64,000 nt of DNA, from assembly GCF_963676685.1 (NCBI RefSeq), contig NC_092353.1, positions 22,072,001 through 22,136,000 on the forward strand. Direction: 5' to 3'. Origin of the DNA: Mytilus edulis. Taxonomy: Eukaryota. The position numbers and the translations under genes were made by a program. Shown one piece after another: positions 27,874 to 40,699 of this stretch (position 1 is the stretch's first letter; each line of letters begins with the position of its first letter). Below the pieces are notes generated by a model. That model was given only the letters and a program-made list of their open reading frames with translations, did no database searches and was not told the DNA's origin.

Positions 27874-30857
27874 ACATTTAACAAACATTATATACACTGC
27901 CAAACTAACAAGATACATAAATTAGTATCGCAAGAAGACGAGTTTTCTGATGATATTCAGACCTACTGCCTATCGCTCAAGACATTGTGCAATAAACATT
28001 AAATGGTGCTGTTACAAAAGAGAGAAATCGTATTTATAGGACATAGTGCATATTTGAAATCAAAGAACTCAAATCAGACTACTGGATAAAAACAAGAAAA
28101 TGCTTGAAATAACATTCAATATCGAAATGATGAATAGACACTATTTTCTATTCGTTACGTTATCTCTAATTGTAATTATTTTACCGACACATAGTCAAAT
28201 CGACTACTTGATTGTTAACTTTATACAATTGTTATGATGATTTTAATATATTAAAATTATTTGAAATATCAATATATTTATTTTTTTACTTTCACAATGT
28301 GCAACTAACCTTTTGCAATGATTGTTTCCCCCACCTAAAATGACATAACCACTGGTTTTGTGTTTGTTATTTGGTTTATATTTCAATATTTACTTACTGT
28401 CTAGCTGCCAAATGTTTTATTGGAGTATTCACGCCGGGGAGAAAAGAAAAAGAAAAAAAATTGACAAGGCACTTTCAGTGTTTTGGAGGTCTACTGTACA
28501 GTATGTGCAGATCATCAAAAAAGGAATATCTTATGTATACTAAATGAGACATGGGGCAACCTATCAAAACCAACTGAGATCGTTTAGATTGATGATCTAA
28601 GCTTGAGTCCACAATGCTAAAAAAAAAGTATTTTATAGTTTGCCAGTTCGTTCAAAATCGTTAATTTAATGTCCTTTCAGCTATCTTAAAATCTTATTTT
28701 ATTTTCCAACTTTCATAAATGCAAATTTACATTTGTTCAACATGGTTTTTGTACTCGTTCTAGGGATTGCATTCATAAAATATTCTTGTCATGAGGTGGT
28801 TCTGTGAAATGGTTAATATTTCTAGAGTTGTGCATAAACATGCTCCCAAAATAACAATACGGAAGATACAAATTTGTGCAACTTCACAAAACTGAATAAA
28901 TGTACTAAAAAAAAATACACTATCAAATATTTCAAAATAAAATACAAACAGAAAAAAATCAGTAAACAGAAATAAATAATGTAGATGAAACACCTTTAAA
29001 TGATATCAATTTATCGTATTTACTTAAAACAAAGAAAAATATCAAAACAAAGCAGATTGTAAACATTGAAACATAATACTCCACAAGAGACAAAATTAGA
29101 GTTCTGTCATTAAAGACCTAATGGAACGGAACAATGGAGGACTGTTCGACACAAGTAAAGAATTCGTAGCAGGGGAGAAAGTGGTTATTCAATATTGAAT
29201 AAACTCTGGCGTAATACTGAAATAGGAAAAGGAAACTTTATATTGGTTTCACGTGAAACGCATGTTAATTTTTTTTTTCAAGTTTTTTGTTAATTATTAT
29301 TGTATGTGTTGAAAAAAAAAGAGATCAGACATACATTTTTTTTTTTCTATAATTCATGAATTCTTCTTACATATAGAACACTACTATTGAAGACGGTCAT
29401 ACGTACAAATGTATGTTATTTCCAAACGCTTTATAGCTATAGTAAGTGGACGACCATTTGATATATTTTGGGGAAGAGATGACCAGGTGGAATTTTTTGC
29501 GGATTGACTATTCATTTTTACGTTTGTATTCAACTTATTCCTTCATTTTGTGTCGCATAATTTAAATTTTCAGTCTGTCAGGAGCAAGGTTTTATATTTT
29601 CAGCTCTAAGCAGATCAGGAGTTTCATTTACAAAATCATCATGCTGCAACAGCTCCCCTCTTGGAAATCAAATGATCGTCCACTAATGTCCAAAACTTCG
29701 TGGATATATGTTCTGTAAATGCAATACATGTTTTGTTAAGTTGACCATTTGGTCATATAAAACGCAACGGAAACGTCAATATAAGAAAACAAGATTTGGT
29801 ATCACTTCAAATGAGACAACTCTCCACTAGAGACCAAAATGACAAAAAAATAACAACTATAGGTCACCGTACGGCCTTCAACAATGAGCAAAGCCCATAC
29901 CGGATATTCAGCTAAAAGGCCCTGAAATGACAAATGTAAAACAATTCAAACAAGAAAACTAACGGCCAAATTTATTTACAAAAAATGAACGAAAAACAAA
30001 CATGACTTGTCACACATCAACAATCGACCACCGCTCAATGACAAGCCCTGACTTGGGAAAGGTATATACATACACAATATGGCGGGATTAAACATGTTAG
30101 CGGTCAGTTCGTCGAATACTTATTTTGTAGAGTATTCTGCTAGGGAAAATACATGCTTTAAAAATAATAAGGTGATATAAAACGAGTAAACGACTAAAGT
30201 CATCGCCCTGAACATACATGAACTATTTGCCACTGGACGTTTATCAACCAACTATCAATCAATGTTGGCAATTAAAATTCTAATTATAGTCCTATAAATC
30301 AGAATCGGAATCGTGCTTGTTAATAGGATTCTAATGGTATGTTTACCTAGAACACATAACTCTCGTTCACTCTTTTAAAATATAAGTGTTATTATATCTA
30401 CCATTATTGGTAAATTGGGTCTTATGATGTGTTCGTATATGGCAAATGTAACGTTTGTAAATTGCATGGTTTTCAAATGCACAGAACGAGTCATTTTGGT
30501 CAGATTTGAAATCATAAGGGGAGAAAGAATAAATGGAGGTGCCAACATAAGGCATACACATCCTATGGAGCTTTAATCCGCACGTTAGTAGATATAGGAA
30601 GTATGATTGTTGGATTGTAACTTGATTAACAATTAGTAACAAATGTGTCTTGAATAATAATGACGAACAATAAATAATTATAAATCTACGTGTGTTCTGT
30701 AAAGTTGGTATAACAGGACTCCAATTAAAAACATCCACAGTTGTCGAAATTGCGTTTTACTTTAATTTGCACTGTCTTCCTCTAAATATATTAAACGATG
30801 AAAATGAATAAGTATCGTTTGACATATGGAAGAGGTTTGATGTAATACACACAAGGC

Positions 30858-31075
30858 GTTTATATATGAAAAATATATAGTTTATCCTGATGTTGTTGTT
30901 AAAGGAATAAATACAGATACAGTAACCATATTTACTTTCTGTCCTATCCATAAATGATATCATTAGACGTGTATATATGAAAAATAAATAGTTTATCCCA
31001 ATGTCGTTTTTAATGAATAAATACACGTACAGTAATCATATATTTTCTGTTCTATCAATAAATGATATCATTGAC
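30858..31075. repeat. Two-copy ~110-bp tandem duplication upstream of gene 4
   Basis: TATATATGAAAAAT..TAGTTTATCC...AAATGATATCATT occurs twice. Confidence 0.85.
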
Positions 31076-31228
31076 CGGTCATACAGTGTACAGACCTACT
31101 AATTTCCTCACGGGTGTTACATTATTTCATCGATGTGGCATTTAAACAATAATCTCTCTATTGGCCTTAGAAATTAATAGTAATAGTGGTGGTCTGACAA
31201 ATAGGTGAAATTCGATCAACCAGTGATA

Positions 31229-31266
31229 TACCCCTAGCTGTAGTATTGTGTCTGTGGGTATATAAG
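31229..31266 (+). promoter_or_regulatory. Putative core promoter of gene 4
   Basis: TACCCCTAG..GTATTGTG..TATATAAG, with the same 30-bp motif-to-TATA spacing as gene 3. Confidence 0.6.
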
Positions 31267-31349
31267 GCACAGGTGAATTGATCATTTAATCATATCTACA
31301 TTTGAAAGCTAACTAACAACATTAAAAGGGAAAATATATATTAAGTAAA

Positions 31350-31965
31350 ATGGCAACAGATAGAGTAAGCAGTGCATTGGCTGTCTTGAGAACAGAACTG
31401 AATGAGGTGAGAAGTCAGGATGTCCAGTTAATGAAACAGTTACTTAACCTCAACAGCAGTATTCAACAACTGACTAAGAAACAAAAAAAGAGCAAATCTT
31501 CAAGCAGAAATCGAAAGGCTACATTAAAGGAACTCATGAGATCATCAACGATGTCAAAAATAAATGAAGGTAATTAAAACTTTGATCAACTTTTGGTTTA
31601 AAAATATTTTCTATATTTTTAAATAACTTTTTTTAAGGTAAAGTGTTGTTGAACTTTTTGTAAAATAGAATTAAGTTATAATTTGTTTTATCGTTGTCTA
31701 TTGTCAATGTCCTTCAGTAACATAAGCGTGGACAACAATTAGAAAAAAGTATACTGATCGTAGAAAGTAAAAGTAAAAATTGTAAACATTATTTTGAAAA
31801 AAAAAATTCAATATGGTTGAACTGAATTTTAATTGTTTCATTCTTTTCTTTCCAGATTCAGTAACGTCTGAGAGTGACGACGATAGCTGTTCAAGTTCAG
31901 ATGAAGACGTGTTCAAAACAAACGTGAAATTATGGAAGTATGCCAAATCAGTGGACAGTAAATAG
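31350..31965 (+). CDS. Cluster gene 4: FAM167/LURAP-like coiled-coil adaptor, 109 aa; exons 31350-31569 and 31856-31965
   Basis: MATDRVSSALAVLRTELNEVRSQDVQLMKQLLNLNSSIQQL...TMSKINE|DSVT...DEDVFKTNVKLWKYAKSVDSK*. Phase-1 GT-AG intron at the same position as in gene 3. TATATAA at 31259. Confidence 0.9.
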
Positions 31966-33755
31966 ACACACTTATTTACAATTCAGAATCTGAAAATACA
32001 AAGAATACAGGATGTATGGTACATCTGTGTTCCGGGTAAACTAAGCGGATTAGAAAAAATTCCAAAGCAACTAGGACATTTGAGTTTAGAGTGACAATAT
32101 GTTAAACCGTATGAGATCCGCGTTCACAGGAATCTAAGAGATTGTGGATATGTCAAGAACTATAAACGTGCAATATTATGACTATATATGGTGCTATTAA
32201 AAGACCTGAATCTTTTAACAGGAATTGATGAGACGGGGGTGCAGTCGTGGGCTTTCCTACCAAAGACAATTTATTATTTTACACGGCAGTCGTAGGCTTT
32301 CCTACAAAAAACATTTTTTTTCTATTTTACAGTCAATTGTACTTGACTTACGTTATTGTTTTTACAATTGTTATAATCAATTAAAGATTAAATAATTATT
32401 AATTTATAAAGATTTATTTTATCATTTAGTGTCGTCTTCCTCGTAGTCCATAATATACATAATAAAGTTATTAACACTTTTAACAACAACAAAAAATCTA
32501 TACGGGTATAATGCACCTTGAAATACAATCACTCGAAATTAGGGTATTTAATTATTTCAAATACATGTAAAAAAAAAAAAAATTCTTTCCAACTAATGTT
32601 ATCATCTTGGAATACATTAATGTTTTAATCAACATACATGTTAATCAAAATCTATAGTGTTTTGTTAATGAGACACTCTTGCGGTGAAATGGTCCTCGTG
32701 AAAGTAAATTCAAAGTTGCGAATATAGCACCGAATATTTTACATTCATAAATATACAACAAAGAACATTGGTTAACTTGTCGATCTTTTAAATGCAAAGA
32801 ATAATGAGCTTCATATTTTTACATAAATAAGGCCGTTAGTTTTCTCGTTTGAATTTTTTTACATTGTCTTTTATAGCTGACTATGCGGTATGGGCTTTGC
32901 TCATTGTTGAAGGCCGTACGGTGACCTATAGTTGTTAATGTCTGATTCATTTTGGTCTTTTGTGGATAGTTGTCTCATTGGCAATCATACCACATCTTCT
33001 TTTTTATATAACAAAGCTACTGACATGTAGGTCTTTATCCTATAAAAAAGGTGACTGTATCAAATACACTGCATATGATATCAACTAACAAGATTGGGAA
33101 AGAAAATTTTTACTAAATTGACTTTCATATAGCGAGAATATTATTTATATACTCAATGAACCAACACAAGTCAAAAACTTACTACTTTCAAAGACTTTAA
33201 CACAAAAAAAAGAAAAAAAAACAAGATACATATCGTTTCAATAATGTAGTGGTCTTTTGAAATATTTCCGATTTGGGAGTAAGCTTATGGTATTGAAAAT
33301 GTAGTGTAAAATACCAAGAATATCGTCTACATGTGAAAAAATCTAATTTCAAATTGTTCAGATTTTTATTTAATTAATTTCTGTATGGCAGATTAAATTC
33401 AATATAAAGTGTAAACACACAAAAACAGAATATGAAAAAGTCACGTATTGGATCGGTTGCAAGTATTTTTTTGGGTAGCGTCTTGTGTAAAAACAATCTA
33501 CCAAGAATTAAAACTGATGATGATGGTTTAATTTATGGCCAAAATATTTTGATAAAGGGTATTTAGTTTGATAACAATGTATAATATTACACATCTTAGT
33601 CAAAAGAATAAAATTTAATATGTTCAGAAACATTATCTAATTTTGTTCATGACCTCTCTAAGGCGTAGAGCATAAAAAAGTTTTCCATAAAATTAGAAGG
33701 CCTTTATATTCAATGTAAATTTATTGTAAACCCGTTTTAAATTGACAATTAGTAA

Positions 33756-33816
33756 GTCACGTGGTAAGATAGAATAATCAGCTAATAGCTAACTATTGTT
33801 CTGCAAGTATATAAAC
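33756..33816 (+). promoter_or_regulatory. Putative core promoter of gene 5 (E-box, CTATTGTT, TATA)
   Basis: GTCACGTGG at 33756, followed by CTATTGTTCTGCAAGTATATAAA, which resembles CTATTGTTCCTGAAAGTATAAAA of gene 3. Confidence 0.55.
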
Positions 33817-33904
33817 GGGAATCCGCTTAGTTCAGAAGAAAATCCGCTACTGATCACGAAAGACTATTTAAACTAAGACAAAGTTAGTATACTAACGACT
33901 TAAA

Positions 33905-34655
33905 ATGGCCAACGACAATGCTACAGAGAGAGTTACCAGTGCTCTGGCTGTGCTGAGAAACGAGCTGAGTGAAATGAGAAACCAGGACGTACAGCTGATG
34001 AAACAGCTGTTAAATATCAACAACAGTATACAACAACTCAGCAAGAAAAATAAAAGTACTAAACGGGTACGAGTAAGCCACAGGGGGCGCCGTCCATTAC
34101 TAACAGATGCTTTCAAGACGGCGGAGCTGACCAAAATTGACGAAGGTATCTACGCTTACATATTATAACACTCTATTGTACAAATGTACATGTACATGTA
34201 TATGTTTACTATTTAATATAACAATTATTTGTGCATTCTGTTAAAATAAATATTCGTCTTTTCAAAATCAGTTTTTATTTCAGGAAGAGGTGGAATTGAT
34301 GTTTCATTCAACTTCTCTCATCCGTGTTTAGTTGTTCATATTTTGATAGTAATAAGATTAAAAAAAAAAAGGGGGGATTCTTATTTCAACATTAATTATG
34401 ATAACACTGATAGTACCGATGTATTCACTGTATCATAGCAACATAAAAATATATGGAAGAGTTCAAATCAAAAATAGCCAAAACATCTTTTATTACACGA
34501 ATTTATTGTAAAAGTATGTATGTACTATTTCAGATGTATCTAGCAGTTCATCCGACAGCGAAGGCGATAATGATGAATGTGCAGACAAAGGACTCTTCCG
34601 GACAAATGTAAAATTGTGGAAGTATTCCCAAAGTAGTGACAGCGATAGTGATTAA
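33905..34655 (+). CDS. Cluster gene 5: FAM167/LURAP-like coiled-coil adaptor, 120 aa; exons 33905-34145 and 34534-34655
   Basis: MANDNATERVTSALAVLRNELSEMRNQDVQLMKQLLNINNSIQQL...ELTKIDE|DVSS...KGLFRTNVKLWKYSQSSDSDSD*. Phase-1 GT-AG intron. TATATAAA at 33808. Confidence 0.9.
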
Positions 34656-36795
34656 GTTTGACTTGGACGACAAAAAGCTTTATTGAAAGCTTAGCACACT
34701 TCGACAAAATACCATGTTGGTATAGCTCAATAAATTACACTCAGGACGCCGTTACTACCGATATATATATAAATGAATAGAAGACACGGCATACTTAATG
34801 TGTGCACTACATTCATCAGTGTCGCGACTTGTGGGAGAGGAACTGTTTTCAAGTGACATAGTGTTTGATATAAAATTGACAGAACTTGACACGTTTCCGT
34901 GTTGTAAGATGCTAACTTATTCTAACACAGAACTTGACACGTGTCCGTGTTGTAAAATGCTAATTTATCCTGATATACGACGCTGTCCATTGCAAAATGT
35001 GGAATGTTCAGTGTATGTGCGTTACAAGTATTTCTAATGAATTATTTATTGTTATTAATCTATAACATCGACGACGAAGAACGCTTTCTCCCTTGTATAA
35101 CATTTCCTCTAGAGTCGTTTATTCTCAATTGTTGGTCAGCATTTAATTTTTACTTGTTATTTTACAATTGTTATAAAAAATTAAACCAAAAACTCCAATT
35201 ACTGTTTTGTTCTATTACGTCTTGTGACTGTGGTATTAATTATAATTTGTTTTACTTAAATGCAAATTTTCCAAATATTCTATTTGCACATTTAAGGACA
35301 GAGTTTCTTATCCAAAAGTTAGTAGTTTTAAGTTCAAATTACACTCTTCGAGAAGCCAGATGAGACCATTAAACAGAATGGTCGTTTCATTTAATGTAAA
35401 TTAAAATGGTTACAGTTGTGTTTTCCGGTAGTCTTAAAATTTCAGGTTGTTTAGATCAACAAAATCTTTAACTTGACGCGGGACAAACGAAAGGACGTAC
35501 ATACGAACGCACGCACATACCGAAAAACATAATGCCCCACTTAGGGCATGAAAATTATTAACTAAACAGCAGACTTATTTGAATTTTTTAACGAAAAACT
35601 TAAATCTGAACAAAACACAAAAGCACATACAAAATTATTTATATCGTTGCATGGAAAAGAAATTGCATTGTGCTGTTGAGATTTTGTTTGCATTTTATTG
35701 TCATTATTAAGTCTTGCATAAAAATCCAAAGAAAAACCAAATTACACGTGGCACCCTGTATAATTTCTTCTTCTCCATGAACGAACTTAATAAGTATGAG
35801 GAATTCCTGGTTCTGTTTGGGTTTTTTATACAGTAAATTCTTTGCATGTTCAAAGACATAATGTTTATCAGGTTTTACTATCTTCTACTGTTAAGTTTTA
35901 CCGTCAAACACGCATTATTAAACTTTCTTCTAAACCAAAATGCATACAATTGATGTATTTTCTTCTATTAAGATATTATTGTACCGTGACAAAAAAAAAC
36001 TACAAAATAAACTTTTGTTCATTTAACATGTGCGTTAAAAGTTTTAAATTTATAAAAATCTTGTTTCCTGATCCACCATTTGCCTCTATTCAATTTCCGT
36101 ATGTTAAAGTTACAATACATATGCAATGAAGCTAGGTAACAAACAAGTTTTTAATAACCAATACATGTGTCAACGAATTTTAGCCTAATCCATGACTTTT
36201 AGTACTCAAACAGGTGTTTAATGAACAACTACATGTGAGACATAAATTGTTAGGTAACCGTCAATATACAAGACAGCATTGACAATAACTTTTCTCGTAA
36301 GTTTAATAAAGTACTGATATCTGACAATAAGTCACTAGTAAAACGACCATTTCAACGTAGGAGAATGTTTAAAAACACTTACTGTTTGATCCCAAACACA
36401 GCGTGAGGATACTTCAATTAATGGTGTTAGAATGATAAAGTAACAAATAACGTTGTCTAAATTAATTTCTAAAATAATATTCTTTGCAGGAGAGGTGTAA
36501 TACAGGACTAAGTTCTTTAGTGTATTGTAAGGATATTTTCTCATAAGACTGCTGTAGAACAATTCGCTGATCAATATATAACATTGCCACTTCATAATCG
36601 AAATGAAAACGAGATACAATAAAAGATCGATATGAAGGGAACTCTTTTACAGTTAAGAAAAAAAAACACATATTTTTCTACCCCATTGTGCTGTTAAAAT
36701 ACGTTAAAATGAAACGGTATCGTGGATTTGACACTACACCGGCACAAAAAAAGGACACCCTGTTTCAAATTTGCAAATCATAGATTTATAAAAAT

Positions 36796-37070
36796 ACAAG
36801 AATGTGTTCATAGTACACGGATGCCTCACTCGCACTATCATTTTATATGTTCAGTGGACCGTGCAATTTGGGTAAAAACTCTAAGTTGGCATTACAATTT
36901 GAAGGATCATATCTTAGGGAACATGTGAACTAAGTTTCAAGTTGTTTGACTCCAACTCCATTAAAAGCTATACCTTGACCAAAACCTTTAACTTGAAGCT
37001 GGACAAACGAAAGGACGTACGGACGGACGTACGCACAGACCAAAAAACATAATGCCCCACTTATGGCATG
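36796..37070 (+). mobile_element. Non-autonomous Helentron/HINE-like element; partial copy at ~35445-35550
   Basis: GGAC-type microsatellite followed by a short 3' palindrome (ATGCCCCACTTATGGCAT) and an A-rich end. The 3' part is duplicated at 35460-35587. Confidence 0.55.
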
Positions 37071-38424
37071 GAAAACTATTAACTAAACAGCAGACTTATT
37101 TGAATTTTAAACTATTTGCAACCTTTTCTACCTATTTGAATAAATTGTGTAGATTCAATAATTTCAGTTTATTTGAAGAAACAAAGTAGTCCGAAATTTC
37201 TCTGCGTATTAGGCTTGCTGGGGACTAAGCAATTAGTGAAAACAAATGCGTACAGACGTCATAGCAATCACTACAATAATCGTCCCTCGACCTCGGCAAG
37301 TCCTCAAAAAGGACGTCAGTCGTCAGAGCAATCTCAGAGAAGAACAAAATTAACTTTCAAAATTAATTAATTGTTTGTAGTATGTTAAAGTCAAAGGGCA
37401 ATATATTATGCATTGGCAGAACGAGAAGGTATTAACAATCAATCCAGTAGATATGACACGTTGTGCACAGTACTTCGACCGGGATAAAGATAGAAATGAA
37501 GACTGTAGCTGAAAAACGCGACACGAGGGTATGTTGGACAAGAGCATTGCAGCACGCCATCTACGTTTAGTTACCACAGTTATAGTAAGTGTAGCCTAGA
37601 TGTAATATCACATTACCAATTCATGATACATCACACCCGGTTGTATATGTCACACCCAGTTCCAAATGAAAAAGGGTAAAACAAATATTTCCTTGAATTT
37701 GACAGTTGTAGGAAATTATTCCTACATTTCACTACAGTAAACATTTTTTGAGTCATAAACAAATATCGTGGGTTTTATCAAATTCTATCTTTAAGTAAAA
37801 GTTTCTTTTAGAATTTCATAAGTATAAAGATAAGTCAATGTAGTCTTCTAATTAAAGTGGTCACAGATACTATCAAATGCATGAGATTTTTAGGCAATAC
37901 AATTTCGAATAAAAAACTGGTACCTTATTTGTTAAATTCACCTTGTTTTATAGTATTATTATAATCATGTCTTATTTTGAATCTATATTTTTAAATGATT
38001 AAACTTCAAAAGTAATGTACAAAATTTTTATTTCGAGGGCAGATTGTAATGTAGCCGAGAAATATAAGAAGATTATAATTATTCCATACAATACATGTAA
38101 TTATAAGACTCAATTTTATCAGATATAACTGCTAACGATAAGCTTCAAGATAGTTTGTTGTGTTTCCATGGTCGCAATATCTTAAATGTGTTTGATTTTC
38201 CAAAAACTTTTAATATTGCAGAGTCACTAATTACTTAAAAAAAATGAAGTTAACGTGGTTCTTCTTTTTTCACTTCCAAAGTCTCCAACCTAAACTTATA
38301 CTTGATTGGTATACTACTTTCACGAACAGTGTACCACTCCTAAGCACTCGAGCTGACTTTGAAGTTATTTTGAGTAGCGTGTTTTTAAACATAAGAAAGA
38401 TCGGGTATAAATGCCAATGATAAA

Positions 38425-39040
38425 ATTGGGAAAGGAAATGGGGAATGTGTCAAAGCGACAACAACCCGACCACAGAGCAGACAACAGCCGAAGGCCACCA
38501 ATGGGTCTTCAATGTGGCGAGAAACTCCCGCACCCGGAGGCGGTCTTCAGCTGGCCCATTAAAAAATATGTATACTAGTACAGTGATAATGGACGTCATA
38601 CTAAACTCCGAATTATAAACAAGAAACTAAAATTAAAAATCATACAAGACTAACAAAGGCCAGAGGCTCCTGACTTGGGACAGGCGCAAATTGCGGCGGG
38701 GTTAAACATGTTTATGAGATCTCAACCCTCCGCCTATACCTCTAGCCAATGTCGAAAAGTAAACGCATAACATTACGCACATTAAAATTCAGTTCAAGCA
38801 GAGAAGTCCGAGTCCGATGTCAGATCTAGAAGATGTAACAAAAGAAAATAAATAAAATGAAAATAATACATAAATAACAACAGACTACTAGCAGTTAACT
38901 GACATGACAGCTTCAGACCTCAATTCAACTGATTGAAAGCTTATGTCTTCAACATATGAATATCAGGCACAATCCCTCCCGTTAGAGGTTTAGTATCATA
39001 CTATCATAAAATATATAAGAAGAACATAACCCGTGTCATG
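38425..39040 (-). mobile_element. PLE family B 3'UTR copy
   Basis: Reverse complement of 23845-24430. Confidence 0.8.
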
Positions 39041-40699
39041 TGAGACACCATTCTTTCAGAGAGAAAATAACGTAAAGAAAAAAAAGAAGCAAATATAAGC
39101 CCCGGACAACCGTCAACACCCATACCACATTGCAAGATAAAACAAACACCCCAACATGACAACTAACAAAAATCCAAATGGGGAATACAAACGGCCTGAT
39201 TTCTGTACAAAACAAAAAACGAAAAGCGCATATGACACACAGCAACAAACGACAACCCCTGAATGACAACCCCTTTATACGAAATTGAAAATTTATTTCA
39301 TTTACAATGCAGTACTAGTACAGGGGAAAACATTCAATTTAATATCACAGAGTACATCTAATTAAATTTTGTACATTTTTCCTATTAAGAAAGTTTACAT
39401 TCTTCCCATAATACGCATACACCCTTGAAAACCCGCGCGTTTTGGTAATAATACAAAAATATTTGACTTAGATTTAAAAATTTGAATTCACACGGAAAAA
39501 AAATATTTTATAGAATATATCCTTGTAAAAAGTTTGTTATAAATGAGCATATACATTATTTAATGCGTGTTAGAGATTTATCTTTCTGATCTGACCATTT
39601 AAAGATTGACACAAGGTGTTGAGCTTATCTTTATTTGGTAAATAAGACTGATCCATGACCTTATATCATATTTCAAAACAAACTAATCTGTCAACAAATA
39701 TGTCTTTGTGGTCTGATAAGTATATCTTTGTAACAGATCAGTCAATGTACCAATGGACAATACACTAACAGTACATTATGTAAAGGGACCCGTTATCCAA
39801 TACACACATGGGTGAGAATAGAGTTTCTTTACTGGCTTTTTATCAAAAATGTTAAAGATAAAAAATATTTGGATGGTCTTGGGAAGATTTGTTTCGCCTA
39901 GATACCCACTAAAGTACAAATAGGATCTACAACACATTAGACTTTGTATTCATTACAGAAATAGAAATGTTTTAACACAAGAGATACACCAGACATTAAA
40001 GTGTGTGTTCACAAGAGAAACAAATTTTTTACCATCGAACAATATTTATAGGTAATCATTCAATATAAAATTTAGAGATGAGGTGTGATTATCCAACAGA
40101 GGTAAACAGTAAAAGAAAATGGATTTAAGCAACTTAAGGTCAACCTTCGATAAAGAGCAAAAAATCATACCGTTTATTCAGCTATAACAAGCCCTACATG
40201 AAACTACAGGCTGTTAAAACCGTTTTCGCTAATCTGGGTCTATATACATATTCAACAATGGACTCTCACCAACTGTGACATTGTAGACAGGAATAGAATT
40301 CATGACAAAATCTCCTTTTTGTTGATCTAGTATTGCCGATCATTTTGTCTGTTTATTTTCTCTTTTTATTCTATAGTTTTTGCTCAAAACACGAAAGAGG
40401 GCAAACAAATCCTCATTTAAGGGCATTTCACTCCTATACAGAGTGACAGTATAGTTTCATTTGGTCCAGTAATTTCAGAGGAGAAGAGTTTTTTAAAAGT
40501 TAACAGACGACGGACTGAAGGTGATGAGAAAAGCTCACATGGCCATGTGGACCAGGTGAGCTTAAAACATGAAACCATTTAAACTAGTTTGTAACTTAAC
40601 AAGAAACGGAAAGACAAATCAAATGCAACTATTATCATAACGTCTAAACTATTCTCTTACAAATGATAACACATTGGAATTAAAATTATGGTAACTGTA

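Noticed and set aside
33892-34134. Antisense ORFs over genes 4 and 5 (also 31704-31946)
   Set aside because: Shadows of the plus-strand exons with no independent support.
34270-34370. Alternative acceptor (TTTCAG|GA) in the gene 5 intron
   Set aside because: It leads into non-homologous low-complexity sequence, whereas the 34534 acceptor restores the conserved paralogous exon.
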